64,000 bases of DNA from positions 28,924,424-28,988,423 of the forward strand of contig NC_092398.1 in NCBI RefSeq assembly GCF_030028105.1, written 5' to 3'. A program made the position numbers and the translations under genes. Under the pieces are notes generated by a model. That model worked only from the letters and a program-made list of their open reading frames with translations, was not told the DNA's origin and did no database searches. This document shows positions 12,301-25,606 of this stretch, in pieces (within the stretch, counting starts at the first letter, position 1; every line of letters begins with the position of its first letter). The stretch comes from Mobula birostris. Taxonomy: Eukaryota.

Positions 12301-13999
12301 TGGTGTCACCTGGGTCTGCGTCTGCGGACGACAGGGGCGAGATTTGGAGATGGGTTAAAGATTGACGTAAGTTTATTATCGAAATACACATTTGTTTCCG
12401 GATACCATCCTCGGATTCATTTTCTTGTGGGCATTTGCAGGAGCGAGAAGAAATACAATAGAAAAACTATACATAAGTAAAGACAGACAAATAACCAATG
12501 TGCAAAAGAAGATAAATTGTACAAATAAAAAGTAAGTAAATAACACTGAGAACATGAGTCGTAGAGTCCTCATAAATAAGTCTATAGGTTTTGGAATCGG
12601 TTCAGTGTTGGGGTGAGTGAATATTCCTCACTGGTACTTGATGGCTAAAAGGTAATAACTCTTCCTGAACCTGGTGGCGTGGGACCTGAGGCTCCTGTAC
12701 CTCCTTCCCGATGGCAGCAGTGAGTAGAGAGGATGGTCTGTGTGGCGGGGGTCCTTGACGATGGATGTGCTCTTTGCAGATGTGCTCAGTGCTGGGAGGG
12801 ATTTTCCTGTGATGGGCTGAGTTGCATCCAGCACCTCCACCGCTCCCCCCCAGCTGGTCTCACCTGTCACCTGCCGGCTTCTATTCTACCCCCTCCAACA
12901 ACCTTCTTATGCTGGTTCTCCTCCATTCCCTTTCCAGCCCTGATGAAGGGTCTCAGCTTAAAGCATCGTCTGTTCATTCACCTCCACAACTGTTAGCTGA
13001 CCTGCTGGGTTCCTCCAGCACTTTGCGTGCTTTGTGCTGAACAGCAGACTCAATGGGCCAGTGACTTGATTCTGATGCATGTTGGCCTCTAAGTTATGGA
13101 GAGAGGTTGGGCCAGCTCAGGCAAATGCATTCAGTCTTTTTTTCTGGGGTGGAGGGTTCAGAACATAAGGTGTGTGGGTTTCATCACCGTGATCATATGC
13201 GCCTTGTCGTATGACGTGGGCGATCACAGACCATGATCGTTCTTGGCAAATTTTTCTACAGGAATGGTTTGCCATTGCTGCCTTCTGGGCAGTGTCTTTA
13301 CAACACAGGTGACCCCAGCCATTATCAATACTCTTCAGAGATTGTCTGCCTGGTGTCAGTGGTCACTTAACCAGGAGTTGTGATCTGCGTCGGCTGCTCG
13401 TACGACCATCCACCACCTGCTCCCATGGCTTCAAGTGACCCTGATCAGGGGGCTCAGCAGATGTTTCTCCTTGCCCAAGGGTGACCTGCAGACTGGCAGA
13501 GGGAAGGAGAACCTCCTGACATTCATTTTCCTGCAGACATTTACAGTAGAACAAAGAAATACAGCAGAATCAATGAAAAACCAGTCACAATAACTGACAC
13601 TCCTTGTGCAAAAGAAGACAAACTGAGCAAATATTAAGAAATCAAATAATAATTGTAATAAATAAATAATACTGAGAACATGAGTTGAAAGTGAGTCCAT
13701 GGGTTGTGGAATCAGTTCAGTGTCGGGATGAGAAGTTAGCCACGCCAGTTCAGGAGTCTGATGTTTGAAGTCCTTACTGCTCCTGAACCTGGTCTTGTGG
13801 CACCTAAGGCTCCTGTACCTCCACAGAGAAGACAGCAGTGAGAAATAAACCTTGCGATACCGTGAGATGCTCTTTTTTTAGTTTATGAAGTCCCAAAATG
13901 CTTTAGAGCAAGTAGGTAATTTCAAAGTGTTGCAATGTGGGAAACGGGGCTTTTGGCACGTCCCTGGAGGTACCCCCAGTGTGTAGAGTGGGATAGACA

Positions 14000-15171
14000 T
14001 AGAAACATAGAAACATAGAAAATAGGTGCGGGAGTAGGCCATTCGGCCCTTCGAGCCTGCACCACCATTTATTATGATCATGGCTGATCATCCAACTCAG
14101 AACCCCGCCCCAGCCTTCCCTCCATACCCCCTGACCCCCGTAGCCACAAGGGCCATATCTAACTCCCTCTTAAATATAGCCAATGAACTGGCCTCAACTG
14201 TTTCCTGTGGCAGAGAATTCCACAGATTCACCACTCTCTGTGTGAAGAAGTTTTTCCTAATCTCGGTCCTAAAAGGCTTCCCCTCTATCCTCAAACTGTG
14301 GCCCCTCGTTCTGGACTTCCCCAACATCGGGAACAATCTTCCTGCATCTAGCCTGTCCAATCCCTTTAGGATCTTATACGTTTCAATCAGATCCCCCCTC
14401 AATCTTCTAAATTCCAACGAGTACAAGCCCAGTTCATCCAGTCTTTCTTCATATGAAAGTCCTGCCATCCCAGGAATCAATCTGGTGAACCTTCTTTGTA
14501 CTCGCTCTATGGCAAGGATGTCTTTCCTCAGATTAGGGGACCAAAACTGCACACAATACTCCAGGTGTGGTCTCACCAAGGCCTTGTACAACTGCAGTAG
14601 TACCTCCCTGCTCCTGTACTCGAATCCTCTCGCTATAAATGCCAGCATACCATTCGCCTTTTTCACCGACTGCTGTACCTGCATGCCCACTTTCAATGAC
14701 TGGTGTATAATGACACCCAGGTCTCGTTGCACCTCCCCTTTTCCTAATCGGCCACCATTCAGATAATAATCTGTTTTCCTATTTTTGCCACCAAAGTGGA
14801 TAACTTCACATCTATCCACATTAAATTGCATCTGCCATGAATTTGCCCACTCACCCAACCTATCCAAGTCACCCTGCATCCTCTTAGCATCCTCCTCACA
14901 GCTGACACTGCCACCCAGCTTCGTGTCATCCGCAAACTTGGAGATGCTGCATTTAATTCCCTCATCCAAGTCATTAATATATATTGTAAACAACTGGGGT
15001 CCCAGCACTGAGCCTTGCGGTACCCCACTAGTCACCGCCTGCCATTCTGAAAAGGTCCCATTTATTCCCACTCTTTGCTTCCTGTCTGCCAACCAATTCT
15101 GTATCCACATCAATACCTTACCCCCAATACCGTGTGCTTTAAGTTTGCACACTAATCTCCTGTGTGGGACA
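14000..15171 (-). mobile_element. Young 5'-truncated CR1 LINE with uninterrupted RT to stop
   Basis: ORF 14097-15170 has SGVPQGSVLGPQLF..YINDL..KFADDTKL..RPHLEYCVQFWSP..RGHSL with no stops; (TAGAAACA)n tail at 14000-14020. 9-bp TSD ggatagaca at 13991-13999 and 15172-15180. Empty sites at ~19120 and ~35300. Confidence 0.97.
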
Positions 15172-18100
15172 GGATAGACAGGATAATATTTCATTTCTCG
15201 TCCTGAGCAGTAGATGTCTGTCCCGGGACGTTTTGGAGATTTGGTCATACTAACCAACAAGACAGCAAATGGAGTCTCTGTTTGATATCTGAGCTAGAGC
15301 ACGTAACAGTTTGGGAACAGCCGTACAGCTCAGCACGTCTGTGATGAACACAGTATCAAATCCTATCGAATCCACTCTGCGTTCACCTGAGCTATCTCCC
15401 TCAATCCCCTGACAGAGGAAATTTACAAGGATGCTGAGACTACAGGACCTGAGTTATAGGGAAAGATTAAACAGGGTCGGATTTGATTCCCTGGAGCGTA
15501 GGAGAATGAGGGGAGATTTGATAGAGGTATACAAAATTACGAGGGGTATAGAAAGGATAAGTGCAAGCAGGCTTTTCCCACTGAGGTTGGGGGAGACTAG
15601 AACTAGTGGTCCTGGGTTCGGGGTAAAAATTGGGATATTCAAGGGGAATCTGAGAGGGGGAACTTTTTCACGCACGGGGTGGTGAGAGTGTGGAATGAGC
15701 TGCCAGCGAAAGTGGTGCATGTGGTTTTGACTTCAACATTTCAGAGAAGTTTGGATAAGTACGTGGACAGGAGTGTGGAGGGCTGTGGTGCCTGTGCGGG
15801 ACGATGGGCGTAGGCAGAGTAACAGTTCAGCATGGACTAGATGGGCCAAAGGGCCATTTTCTGTGCTGCTGTGCTCTGTTTCTAAAAGGCTTCTAAACAC
15901 CACTATGGTGGCAGGCTCCTTCACCAACCCTCGCAGCCCGTTCCCGACACCCACCTCTGCGTAAAACAATTTGCTCTATGGCTGTTCTTCATTCTCTGCC
16001 CCCTGCCCCCTTTCACCTTAAATGCCCGTCCTTCAGTCTTTGACATTTCCACACTGAACGGAAAGACTCTGCCTCCCCTACCAATGCCTCTCAATATCTT
16101 ACAAACTTCTATAAAGTCTCGACTCGTCCTCCGACTCTCCAGAGAAATCCACACTAGCTTGTCCAACCCCCTCCTTATCGCCCATGCCCTGAATCCAGGC
16201 AGGATCCTGGTGAACCGCTTCTGCACCCTCTCCAAAGCCTCTGTCATCACTGATTTACTGAACTCTAACACCTCAGAGTTCCACTTGGAAAAGTGTGAAA
16301 TGACTCACTTTGTAAGGTGGAACTTGAAGGTAGAGTTTATGTTAGGACTTTTAGCAGTGTGGAGGAACGGAGACAGAGCCCACAGATGCCTCAGAGTCGG
16401 TAGAAAGCCAAATGGATGGTGAAGAAGGCATAAGGAGTGTTGGCCGTCATCAGTCGGAGGACTGAGTTTAAGATCCATCAGATAATGTTTCATCTGCACA
16501 CAACTCCAGTTAGACCACACTTGAAGTATCGTGTTCAGTTCAGGCCACTTCATTTAGAGAGGGTGCAGAGAAGATTTACCAGAATGCTGCCTGGATTAGA
16601 GAACATGTCTTATGGAAACAGGTTCAGCAAGCTGGACCTTTTCTCTCCGCAGCAAAGGAGGTTGAGAAGTGACCTGATAGAGGTGTGCAAGATGATAAGA
16701 GGCAAAGATGTTTCCCAGGACAACAGCCAGCACTTCAGGACGTCCATCGGCTGGTGATTGGAGGAAAGTTTAGGGGGTGATGTAAGGGGTAGATTTTTTA
16801 TACGGAGGGGTGTGGGTGGTGGAATGCACTTCAAAGGGTGGTGGTAGAGAGAGATACATTAGACATTTAAGAGATACTTAGATGGGCAAATACATGATAG
16901 AAAAATGGAGGTCTACATAGAAGGGGAGGATTAGATTGATCTTAGAGTTGGTTAAAATGATAGCATGACATCATGGGCCGAAAGGCCTGTACTGGTAGTA
17001 CATCATTGTGGGCTGAAAGGCCTGTACTGGTAGTACAACATTGTGGGCTGGAAGGCCTGCACTGTGCTGTGATGTTCCACGTTCATTAGGGACACAAGGG
17101 GGGATTTCTGAGGGATGAGATATTTTCCCTTCCAGAGGCCCCCGCTTCTTGGTGTGGAATTGGATGGGGTGGAGGACCGCAGAGTTCCAGTGAAGCCGAA
17201 CACCGCCATCAGTCCCCTACTGGAGACAAGGGTGCGGAGTCCGGTGTGCCGGGCAGCTGGCAGAGCTCCACGCGGCTCCCTCAGGTGGAGGACAGGAGAG
17301 GGAGTCACTGAGGGATCCATTATCGTAGCCATACCAAGCTGAGGGCGCCGCTTGGCGCAACATCTCAGAAGCCCAGGTTCCCTCTGAGCTGCGGTCAGCA
17401 ACAATCACCCCTGTTGTAACTGTGCAGGGGTGCGCTGGTGTCACCTGGGTCTGCGTATGCGGACGACAGGGGATGAGATTTGGAGACAGGTCAAAGTTTG
17501 ACGTAAATTTATTACCGAAGTACACATTTGTTACGGGATACCATACTGGGATTCATTTTCTTGCAGGCATTCGCAGGAGCGAGAAGAAATGCAATAGAAA
17601 AACTATGCATAAGCAAGGACAGACAAATAACCAATGTGCAAAAGAAGATAAATTGTACAAATTTAAAGTAAGTAAATAACACTGAGAACATGAGTCGTAG
17701 AGTCCTCATAAATAAGTCTATAGGTTTTGGAATCGGTTCAGTGTTGGGGTGAGTGAATTTTCCTCACTGGTTCTTGATGGCTAAAAGGTAATAACTCTTC
17801 CTGAACCTGGCGGTGTGGGACCTGAGGCTCCTGTAGCTCCTTCCCGATGGCAGCAGTGAGTAGAGAGCATGGTCTGTGTGGCGGGGGTCCTTGACGATGG
17901 ATGCGCTCCTTGCAGATGTGCTCAGTGCTGGGGAGGGATTTTCCTGTGATGGACTGAGTTGCATCCAGCACCTCCACCCCCACCTGGTCTCACCTGTCAC
18001 CTGCCGGCTTCTATTCCACCCCCTTCAACGACCTTCTTATGCTGGTTCTCCTCCCTTCCCTTTCCAGCCCCGGTGAAGGGTCTCAGCCCAAAGCATCGTC

Positions 18101-20639
18101 TGTTCATTCACCTCCACAACTGCTATCTGACCTGCTGGGTTCCTCCAGCACTTTGCGTGCTTTTGTACTGAACAGCAGACTCAATGGTCCAGTGACTTGA
18201 TTCTGATGCATATTGGGGTCTAAGTTATGGAGAGAGGTTGGGCCCAGCTCAGGCAAATGCATTCAGTCTTTTTTCTGGGGTGGAGCGTTCAGAACGTAAG
18301 GTGTATGGGTTTCATCACCGTGATCATATGCACCTTGTCATATGACATGGGCGATCACAGACAATGATCGTTCTTGGCAAATCTTTCTACAGGAATGGTT
18401 TGCCATTGCTGCCTTCTGGGCAGTGTCTTTACAAGACAGGTGACCCCAGCCATTATCAATACGCTTCAGTGATTGTCTGCCTGGTGTCAGTGGTCACTTA
18501 ACCAGGAGTTGTGATCTGCGTCGGCTGCTCGTATGACCATCCACCACCTGCTCCCATAGGTTCAAGTGACCCTGATCAGGGGGTTCAGCAGATGCTACAC
18601 CTTGCCCAAGGGTGTCCTGCAGACTGGCAGAGGGAAGGAGAACCTCCTGACATTCATTTTCCTGCAGCCATTCACAGTAGAACAAAGAAATACAGTAGAA
18701 TCAATGAAAAACCAATCACAATAACTGACACTCTTTGTGCAAAAGAAGACAAATTGAGCAAATATTAAGAAATCAAATAATAATTGTAATAAATAAATAA
18801 TACTGAGAACACGAGTTGAAAGTGAGTCCATGGGTTGTGGAATCTGTTCAGTGTTGGGGTGAGAAGTTAGCCACGCCAGTTCAGGAGCCTGATGTTTGAA
18901 GTCCTTACTGCTCCTGAACCTAGTCGTGTGGCACCTAAGGCTCCTGTACCTCCCCAGAGAAGTCAGTAGTGAGAAATAAACCTTGCGATACCGTGAGATG
19001 CTCATTTTTTTAGTTTCGGAAGTCCCAAAATGCTTCAGAGCAATTAAGTAATTTCGAAGTGTTGCAATGTGGGAAACGGGGCTATTGGCACGTCCCTGGA
19101 GGGACCCCAGTGTGTAGAATGGGATAGACAGGAAAATATTTCATTTCTCATCCTGAGTAGTAAATGTCTGTCCCGGGACGTTTTGGAGATTTGGTCATAC
19201 TAACCAACAAGACAGCAAATGGAGTCTCTGTTTGATATCTGAGCTAGAGCACGTAACAGTTTGGGAACAGCCGTACAGCTCAGCACGTCTGTGATGAACA
19301 CAGTATCAAATCCTATCGAATCCACTCTGCGTTCACCTGAGCTATCTCCCTCAATCCCCTGTCAGAGGAAACTTACAAGGATGCTGAGACTAGAGGACCT
19401 GAGTTATAGGGAAAGATTAAACAGGGTCGGATTTGATTCCCAGGAGTGTAGGAGAATGAGGGGAGATTTGATAAGAGGTATACAAAATTGCGAGGGGTAT
19501 AGAAAGGATAAGTGCAAGCAGGCTTTTCCCACTGAGGTTGGGGGGAGACTAGAACTAGTGGTCATGGGTTCGGGGTGAAAAATGGGATATTCAAGGGGAA
19601 TCAGAGGGGGAACTTTCTCACGCACAGGGTGGTGAGAGTGTGGAACGAGCTATCAGCGGAAGTGGTGCATGTGGTTTTGACTTCAACATTTCAGAGAATT
19701 TTGGATAAGTACATAGACGACAGGAGTGTGGAGAGCTGTGGTCCCGGTGCGTGTCGATGGGCGTAGGCAGAGTAGCAGTTCAGCATGGACTAGATGGGCC
19801 AAAGGGCCATTTTCTGTCCTGTTGTGCTCTGTTTCTAAAAGCCTTCTAAACACCACTTTGGTGTCTGGCTCCTTCACCAACCCTCGCAGCCCGTCCCCGA
19901 CACCCACCTCTGCGTAAAACAATTTGCTCCATATCTGTTCTTCATTCTCTGCCCCGCCCCCTTTCACCATAAATGCCCGTCCTTCAGTCTTTGACATTTC
20001 CACACTGAAGGGAAAGACTCTGCCTCCCCTACCAATGCCTCTCAATATCTTATAAACTTCTATCAGGTCTGCACTCATCCTCCGACTCTCCAGAGAAATC
20101 CACACTAGCTTGTCCAACCGCCTCCTTATCGCCCATGCCCTGAATCCAGGCAGGGTCCTGGTGAACCGCTTCTGCACCCTCTCCAAAGTCTCTGTCATCG
20201 CTGATTTCCTGAAATCTGACACCCCAGAATTCCACTCGGAAAAGTGTTGAATGACTCACTTTGTAAGGTTGAACTTGAAGGCAGAGTTCATGTTAGGACT
20301 TTTAGCAGTGTGGAGAAACAGAGACGGAGCCCATAGATGCCTCAGAGTCGGCAGCAAGCCGACAGGATGGTGAAGAAGGTATAAGGAGTGTTGGTCGTCA
20401 TCAGTCGGAGGACTGAGTTTAAGATCCATCAGATAATGTTTCATCTCCACACAACTCCAGTTAGACCACACTTGAAGTATTGTGTTCAGTTCAGGCCATT
20501 TCATTTAGAGAGAGTGCAGAGAAGATTTACCAGAATGCTGCCTGGATTAGAGAGCATGTCTTATGAAGACAGGTTAGGCAAGCTGGGGCTTTTCTCTCCG
20601 CAGCAAAGGAGGATGAGAGGTGACCTGACAGAGGTGTGC

Positions 20640-21498
20640 AAGACAACAAGAGGCATCGATAGAGTGGACAGCCAGAGGCTTTTTCTCAGGTTGGAAATGG
20701 CTAATATGATGGGGTACAATTTTAAGGTGATTAGAGGAAAGTATAGAGGGAATGTCAGAGGTCGGTTTTTCACACAGAGAGTGCTGGGTGCACGGAACGC
20801 ATCAGCAGGGGTGGCAGTGACAGAAACACTTTGGGGACATTTAAGAGACTCTTGGACAAGCAAATGGATGATTGAAAAATGGAGGAATATGTGGGAGGGA
20901 AGGGTTGGATTAATCTGAGAGTAGGTAACTAGCCGGGCATAACATAAGATCATAACACATGGGGGCAGAATTAGGCCATCTGGCCCATCAAGTCTGCTCC
21001 GCCATTGAATCATGGCTGATCCTTTTTTCCCCTCCTCAGCCCCACTCCCGTAACCTTTGATGCCATGTCCAATCAAGAAGCTATCAAGCTCTGCCTTAAA
21101 TACACCCAACGACCTGGCCTCCACAGCTAACAGGTTGGACAAATTCACCAGCCTCTGGCTAAAGATATTTCTCCACATCTCTGTTTTAAATGGATGCCCA
21201 TCTATCCTGAGGCTGTGCCCTCTTGTCCTAGACTTCCCCACCATGGGAAACATCCCTCCCACATCTACTCTGTCCAGACCTTTCAACATTTGAAAGGTTT
21301 CAATGAGATTCCTCCCCTGATCCTTCCAAATTCCATTGTGGGCCGAACGGCCTGTTCTGTGCTATGATGTGTTCTACTTTCTCTGTAACCTCCACTCCTC
21401 CGCATCCTCCCTGTAATGGGATGGCCGGAACTGCACGCAGTTAAACCAAGTGCACCCCATCCAAAGTTTTATACAACTGTGAGGTGACTTGCTGATGC
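20640..21498. mobile_element. Mixed-orientation CR1 3' fragments at the inner end of the left arm
   Basis: RGIDRVDSQRLF..FKVIRGKYRG (+) and MLKGLDRVDVGGMFPMVGKSRTRGHSL (-). Mirror at 32930-33790. Confidence 0.85.
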
Positions 21499-21967
21499 GA
21501 ACCTGCAGTGTCTATGCTAGAAGATTGCATCAGTGTGGCGTTCCTGACAGAGCTCAGCAGTGCCACACTTCCCCATCCTTCTCAAAGTGCCACAAACCCT
21601 CGGTACCATTCCCCACCCCCCTCAGTGTGGAGGACCCTCGGCAGTGCCCCTCCCACGCTGCACCTTCACATCATCTCTACCCTCTCCCACAGCGTGGCAA
21701 CTCCCGAAGGCTCTGAGAGTGGTTCCTGAGATCTTAAGCTCAGCTCTCTCCAGAAGTGGGTCCCACGGCCCCAAATTCAGACTGACTTATATATTGTGTG
21801 TGTGTATCCAAACAACCAACACAACCTCAGGCTGTGCTGGGGGCAGCCCGCAAGTGTTGCCACACATTCTGATGCCAACTCAGCTTACCCGCCACGTTCG
21901 GCAGAACAACAGCAAAACAAGCTTTTTCCCTCCCTCTCACCCGCTGACCCGCCACACACACACACAC

Positions 21968-22641
21968 AGGTCATCCTCCAAACCCAGGAAAGGCCGGCTG
22001 GCTGGGACTGTTGGAGACCCAGTGCCGGAGGCCATCAGGTCTCAATTCCCAGATGCGCGATCGACCCTCAGTCCTTGACCACAGGGCACAATGATGATGG
22101 GACCCTGTACTCCAGTCCTCGAACTCCGGCCTCATCGATGGCACGAGACCTGAACTCCAGACACGCCAACTGGAGTAGCTAAGGGGTCACCAGCTCTCAT
22201 CCTTCCTGCCCTCCTGGTCCTCCAATCCTACTGCTTGTACAGCAAACTGACTGACCCAGGGTGTGGAGGAGAACCACCTAGTCTTTGTCCAGCATGTTTG
22301 CCAACTAGACACCCATCCATGGAAGTCCTTCATCCACGTTCTCGCTGGCCTTCACCAATGAAGCGAAGCCCTAGATCTGGCCTGACTTCTAATTCCCCCA
22401 CATTCCTGTCGCTAAATCCTAACCCGACCCGTAAGACCTCTTTCCGTCCCCAAAAATATTGATACGAACCTAAGAAAATCAACTTCAGTCTGAGCCACAA
22501 CCTCGATAGAGACTGAAGCTCAGCACCATCTGACTGGAGGAAATGGTTCAGTTACCCACGGAGCCGTGGACAGTGGCCACAAAATGAGAGTCTGGGCTCA
22601 GGGCTCATCGGACTGATGATGATGATGATGATGATGATGAT
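21968..22641 (+). mobile_element. Unclassified retroelement-like 3' fragment ending in a (GAT)n tail
   Basis: GC-rich body ending in a (GAT)n/(TGA)n run of about 9 units at 22615-22641. No recognisable domain. Confidence 0.35.
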
Positions 22642-23419
22642 ATGAAAAGCAGGGCAGTTAGGCATTTAGAGACATTTAGGCACGTAAAGGTATATAGCGT
22701 ATTTAGGGCAGGGCATTTAAAGTGGGAAGAGGCAGGGCATTTAAGATACACTAATCGTCTGTAATTTCAAGGGACGTTAAGTCCTAAACATTGGTGGACT
22801 GATGGATAAGGACTGACCATTACAGAGTCTAACTGATTAGTAAGGGTATGCTGAACACTGTGTTAATGACTGAAGGAAACCAGGCTGAGCTAATGGCAGG
22901 AGGGCAAAAGATCAAGGCATCTGTCTGTCTCTGTGTGTCTCTCTCTACGTTTGTGGATCTCCTGTTTACTGGAACACCTTGCCCTGGATTCTTTAGACTG
23001 GAAACCGCGATTGGTGCCTATGACCCAGGGTGATTTCAGAAGCGAGTTGGAGTTTTCAGTTCTCCTAACAACAATCAAGTGGTGACTAAGAATTGTGAGC
23101 CCTGGAATCTTTGTGACTTGCTATGGAGTATTTTCAGTGCCTTTCTATTTTTGTGATAATAAATTGGGCTTGAGTTCCTTTGTCGGGCCTGTTTACTTAT
23201 CACATCTCGAATAGTTTGGGTCTGATCAACCCAGCCCACTACAGTCTACGTACTTTGTTACTTTGAAGTCTTTGTACAGCTAAAACATGACATCCCAACT
23301 CCTGTATTCAGTGCCCTTTCGATGACGGCAAACATACAAACACCTCCTTCACCTCCCTGTCCGTGTCGCCACTTTAAGGTTTTATGAACCAGCACACCTT
23401 GGTCTCTCTGTTCTACAAC

Positions 23420-23877
23420 CGACCTTCCCTCTAATTCTTTTTACCACTGTGTGGACTAACCACTGCTCTGAAAACTGCCTGGCACTTTAAATGTTTTTTT
23501 TATATATGAATATTACAGCATCAACATTCATTGCAGGCCAGCAGTTTATTAACAATGAGCTACGGACTTCCATTCTGTGTTCATTGTTACAATTTGTAAC
23601 AGTGTTGTAACCTGTAACACTGACAATGTAAATGTATTGAAGCTCTGAAATGTTTCAAGGTTTGTGGTATGTTTATTATTTAGAAAATTAATGAACTCTA
23701 TCCATTAACATAATTAATTACAGGGTATTTCTCATTTCAAAATGATGCCAATATTTTAAAATTATATTAACATTATATAAAAGAGAATTTCAGCTGCGCA
23801 GTAATAACGGCTATGTGCGCGGGAGCATTTCAGTTACTGCGTGGCCACACACCCATACAGGTTAGAGGGAACAGTGT
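23420..23877. mobile_element. Possible hAT (Tip100/Arthur-like) MITE
   Basis: Imperfect inverted ends ttccctctaa (23425) and ttagagggaacagtg (23862-23877); AT-rich interior. Confidence 0.45.
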
Positions 23878-24109
23878 CTACAACACTCACCGGGACTTGC
23901 CTGTTCACTGTTTATGCCCTGTCCTGGTTTGATCCATGAAAATGTAACACCTTGCATTTATCTGAATTGAATTTCATCTGCCATTCCTTACTGAAGTCTG
24001 GAGTAAGCCTTTCCCTATAGCTCCCTCTGCTGTTCACTCTCTCTCGTTCAAGTTTATTGTCATGGGAACAGATGCACAGCTTATAAATACCAGGTCCATA
24101 TGGACGGCC

Positions 24110-25150
24110 CGTTTGCCTTGTGGCTAGCGCATTACTTAACAACAACCAGCAATCAGGGTTCAATTCCCGCCACTGTCTGTAAGGAGTTTGTCTACTCCAC
24201 CGTCGCAAATTGCTACAGAGGTACTGTGGAGAGCGTTCAAACTGGTTACATCACCATCTGGTATGGGGGTGGGAGGGGGTGGATTTCTGCAGGGGATCAA
24301 AATGGCCTGCAGAGATTTGCAAACTTTGTTCCATCATGAGTACGAGCCTCCACAGCACCTAGTACATCTTCAAGGAGGGATGCCTCAAAAAAGCAGCATC
24401 CCCCTCATTAAGAACCACCCCCCCCACCCCAATCACACAAGTATGCCTTGTTCTCATTGTTATCATCAGGAAAAAGGTACAGAAGCCTACAGGTGCGCAC
24501 TCAGTGATTCAGGAACAGCTTTGCCATCCGATTTCTGAACAGACATTGAATCCATGAACTTTTTTATTTGTATTTATTCACTAATATAATTAAACTGTTA
24601 TATATTTACTGTAATTCACATTTTTTCTATTATTATGTATTGCGCTATACTGTTGCCGCAAAGACAAGAAACCTCACAACACATCCTGGAGATATTAAAC
24701 CTGATTCTGACTCTGATTCATTCTGATTCCCTGACCATGTGGGTTTCCTCCGGGTGCTCCGGTTTCCTCTCACATTCCTAACACGTACGATTAGGGTTAA
24801 TGAGTTGTGGGCATGCAATAGGACCAAAAAACACATGAGCAGAATTAGGCCATTCAGCCCATCGAGTCTGCTTTGCCTTTCCATCATGCCTTCTCGCCAT
24901 ATCCTTTGATGCCCTGAACAATCAGGAAACTATCAACTTCCGCTTTAAATATACCCCCGGACTTGGCCTTCACGCGGTCTGCAGCAGAGCATTCCACAGA
25001 TTCCCCACCCTCCGGCTATGTTGGCGACAGAAGTGTGGTGACTTGTGGGCTGCCCCAACACAATCGCCGCTGAATTGTATTGATACAAAGACACATTTCA
25101 GTGTATGTTTCGATATTTCGATGTATATATGACAAGTGAAACTAATTTTC
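24110..25150 (+). mobile_element. HE1-type tRNA SINE split by nested Rex1/Babar and CR1 fragments
   Basis: Head ggttcaattcccgccactgtctgtaaggagtttg (24155); core gtgggtttcctccgggtgctccggtttcctc (24739); 3' part from ~25015. Rex 3' fragment at 24205-24720. Confidence 0.7.
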
Positions 25151-25202
25151 TATCAATCTTTTTGTACTAGGAACTATTATCACAACAGGGTAGACACCGT
25201 CC

Positions 25203-25445
25203 TTAAGCCTGGTATCTTCTCCGCAGTGGGAGAGGGGAGAAGAGAGAATGTCCGGTGTGGGTGGGTTCTTTGATTATGCTGGCTTCTCTACTGAGGCAGT
25301 GGGAAGTGTAGGCAGAGTCCGCGGAGGGGAGGCCAGTCTCCGTGATGTGCTGAGCTGTGTCCGTGACTCTCTGCACTTCTCTGTGGTCACGGACAGAGCG
25401 GTGCTGAACTGAGCCATGACACACCTGGATAGGATGCTTTCTGTG
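25203..25445 (-). mobile_element. Rex1/Babar 3' fragment
   Basis: VQRVTDTAQHIT..LPS..YTSHCL..ASIIKEPTH.GHSLFSPLP. Confidence 0.8.
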
Positions 25446-25507
25446 GCGCGAGGACAGGGACGGTTGTGGGACAGGCGGCAGACGGTGGTTTACAAGCACA
25501 CTGGTAC

Positions 25508-25606
25508 CTGAGCTGGCACTGGAACTGGAGACGCCAGAGTCACTGGACCGCACGCTCGCACTGCACGTGTTCAACTGGCACAGCCCGGCCTGGTTGTTGA
25601 CCTTTG
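25508..25606 (-). CDS. Candidate 99-nt phase 1-1 exon, Ser-rich cytoplasmic-tail-like
   Basis: Strong acceptor ctctctctctccctctctgcag| and donor CAG|gtacca; open frame (A)KVNNQAGLCQLNTCSASVRSSDSGVSSSSASS(G); non-repetitive and GC3-rich. Confidence 0.6.

Larger units (their letters stand above)
10381..20640 (+). repeat. Tandem amplification of a ~3.9 kb unit (partial copy + 2 full copies)
   Basis: Anchor ATTTGATTCC recurs at 10381, 15481 and 19431. Spacing is 5100 (including a 1181-bp CR1 insertion) and 3950. The right arm has one unit (~33790-38490). Confidence 0.93.
1..21498 (+). repeat. Left arm of large inverted segmental duplication (probably extends left of the window)
   Basis: Position 1 (cgggagcct) pairs with the reverse complement at 51289. 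Collinear anchors: 4820/46438, ~5410/43150, 8795/40062, 10370/38480, 21498/32930. About 7 mismatches in the first 130 bp. Confidence 0.95.
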
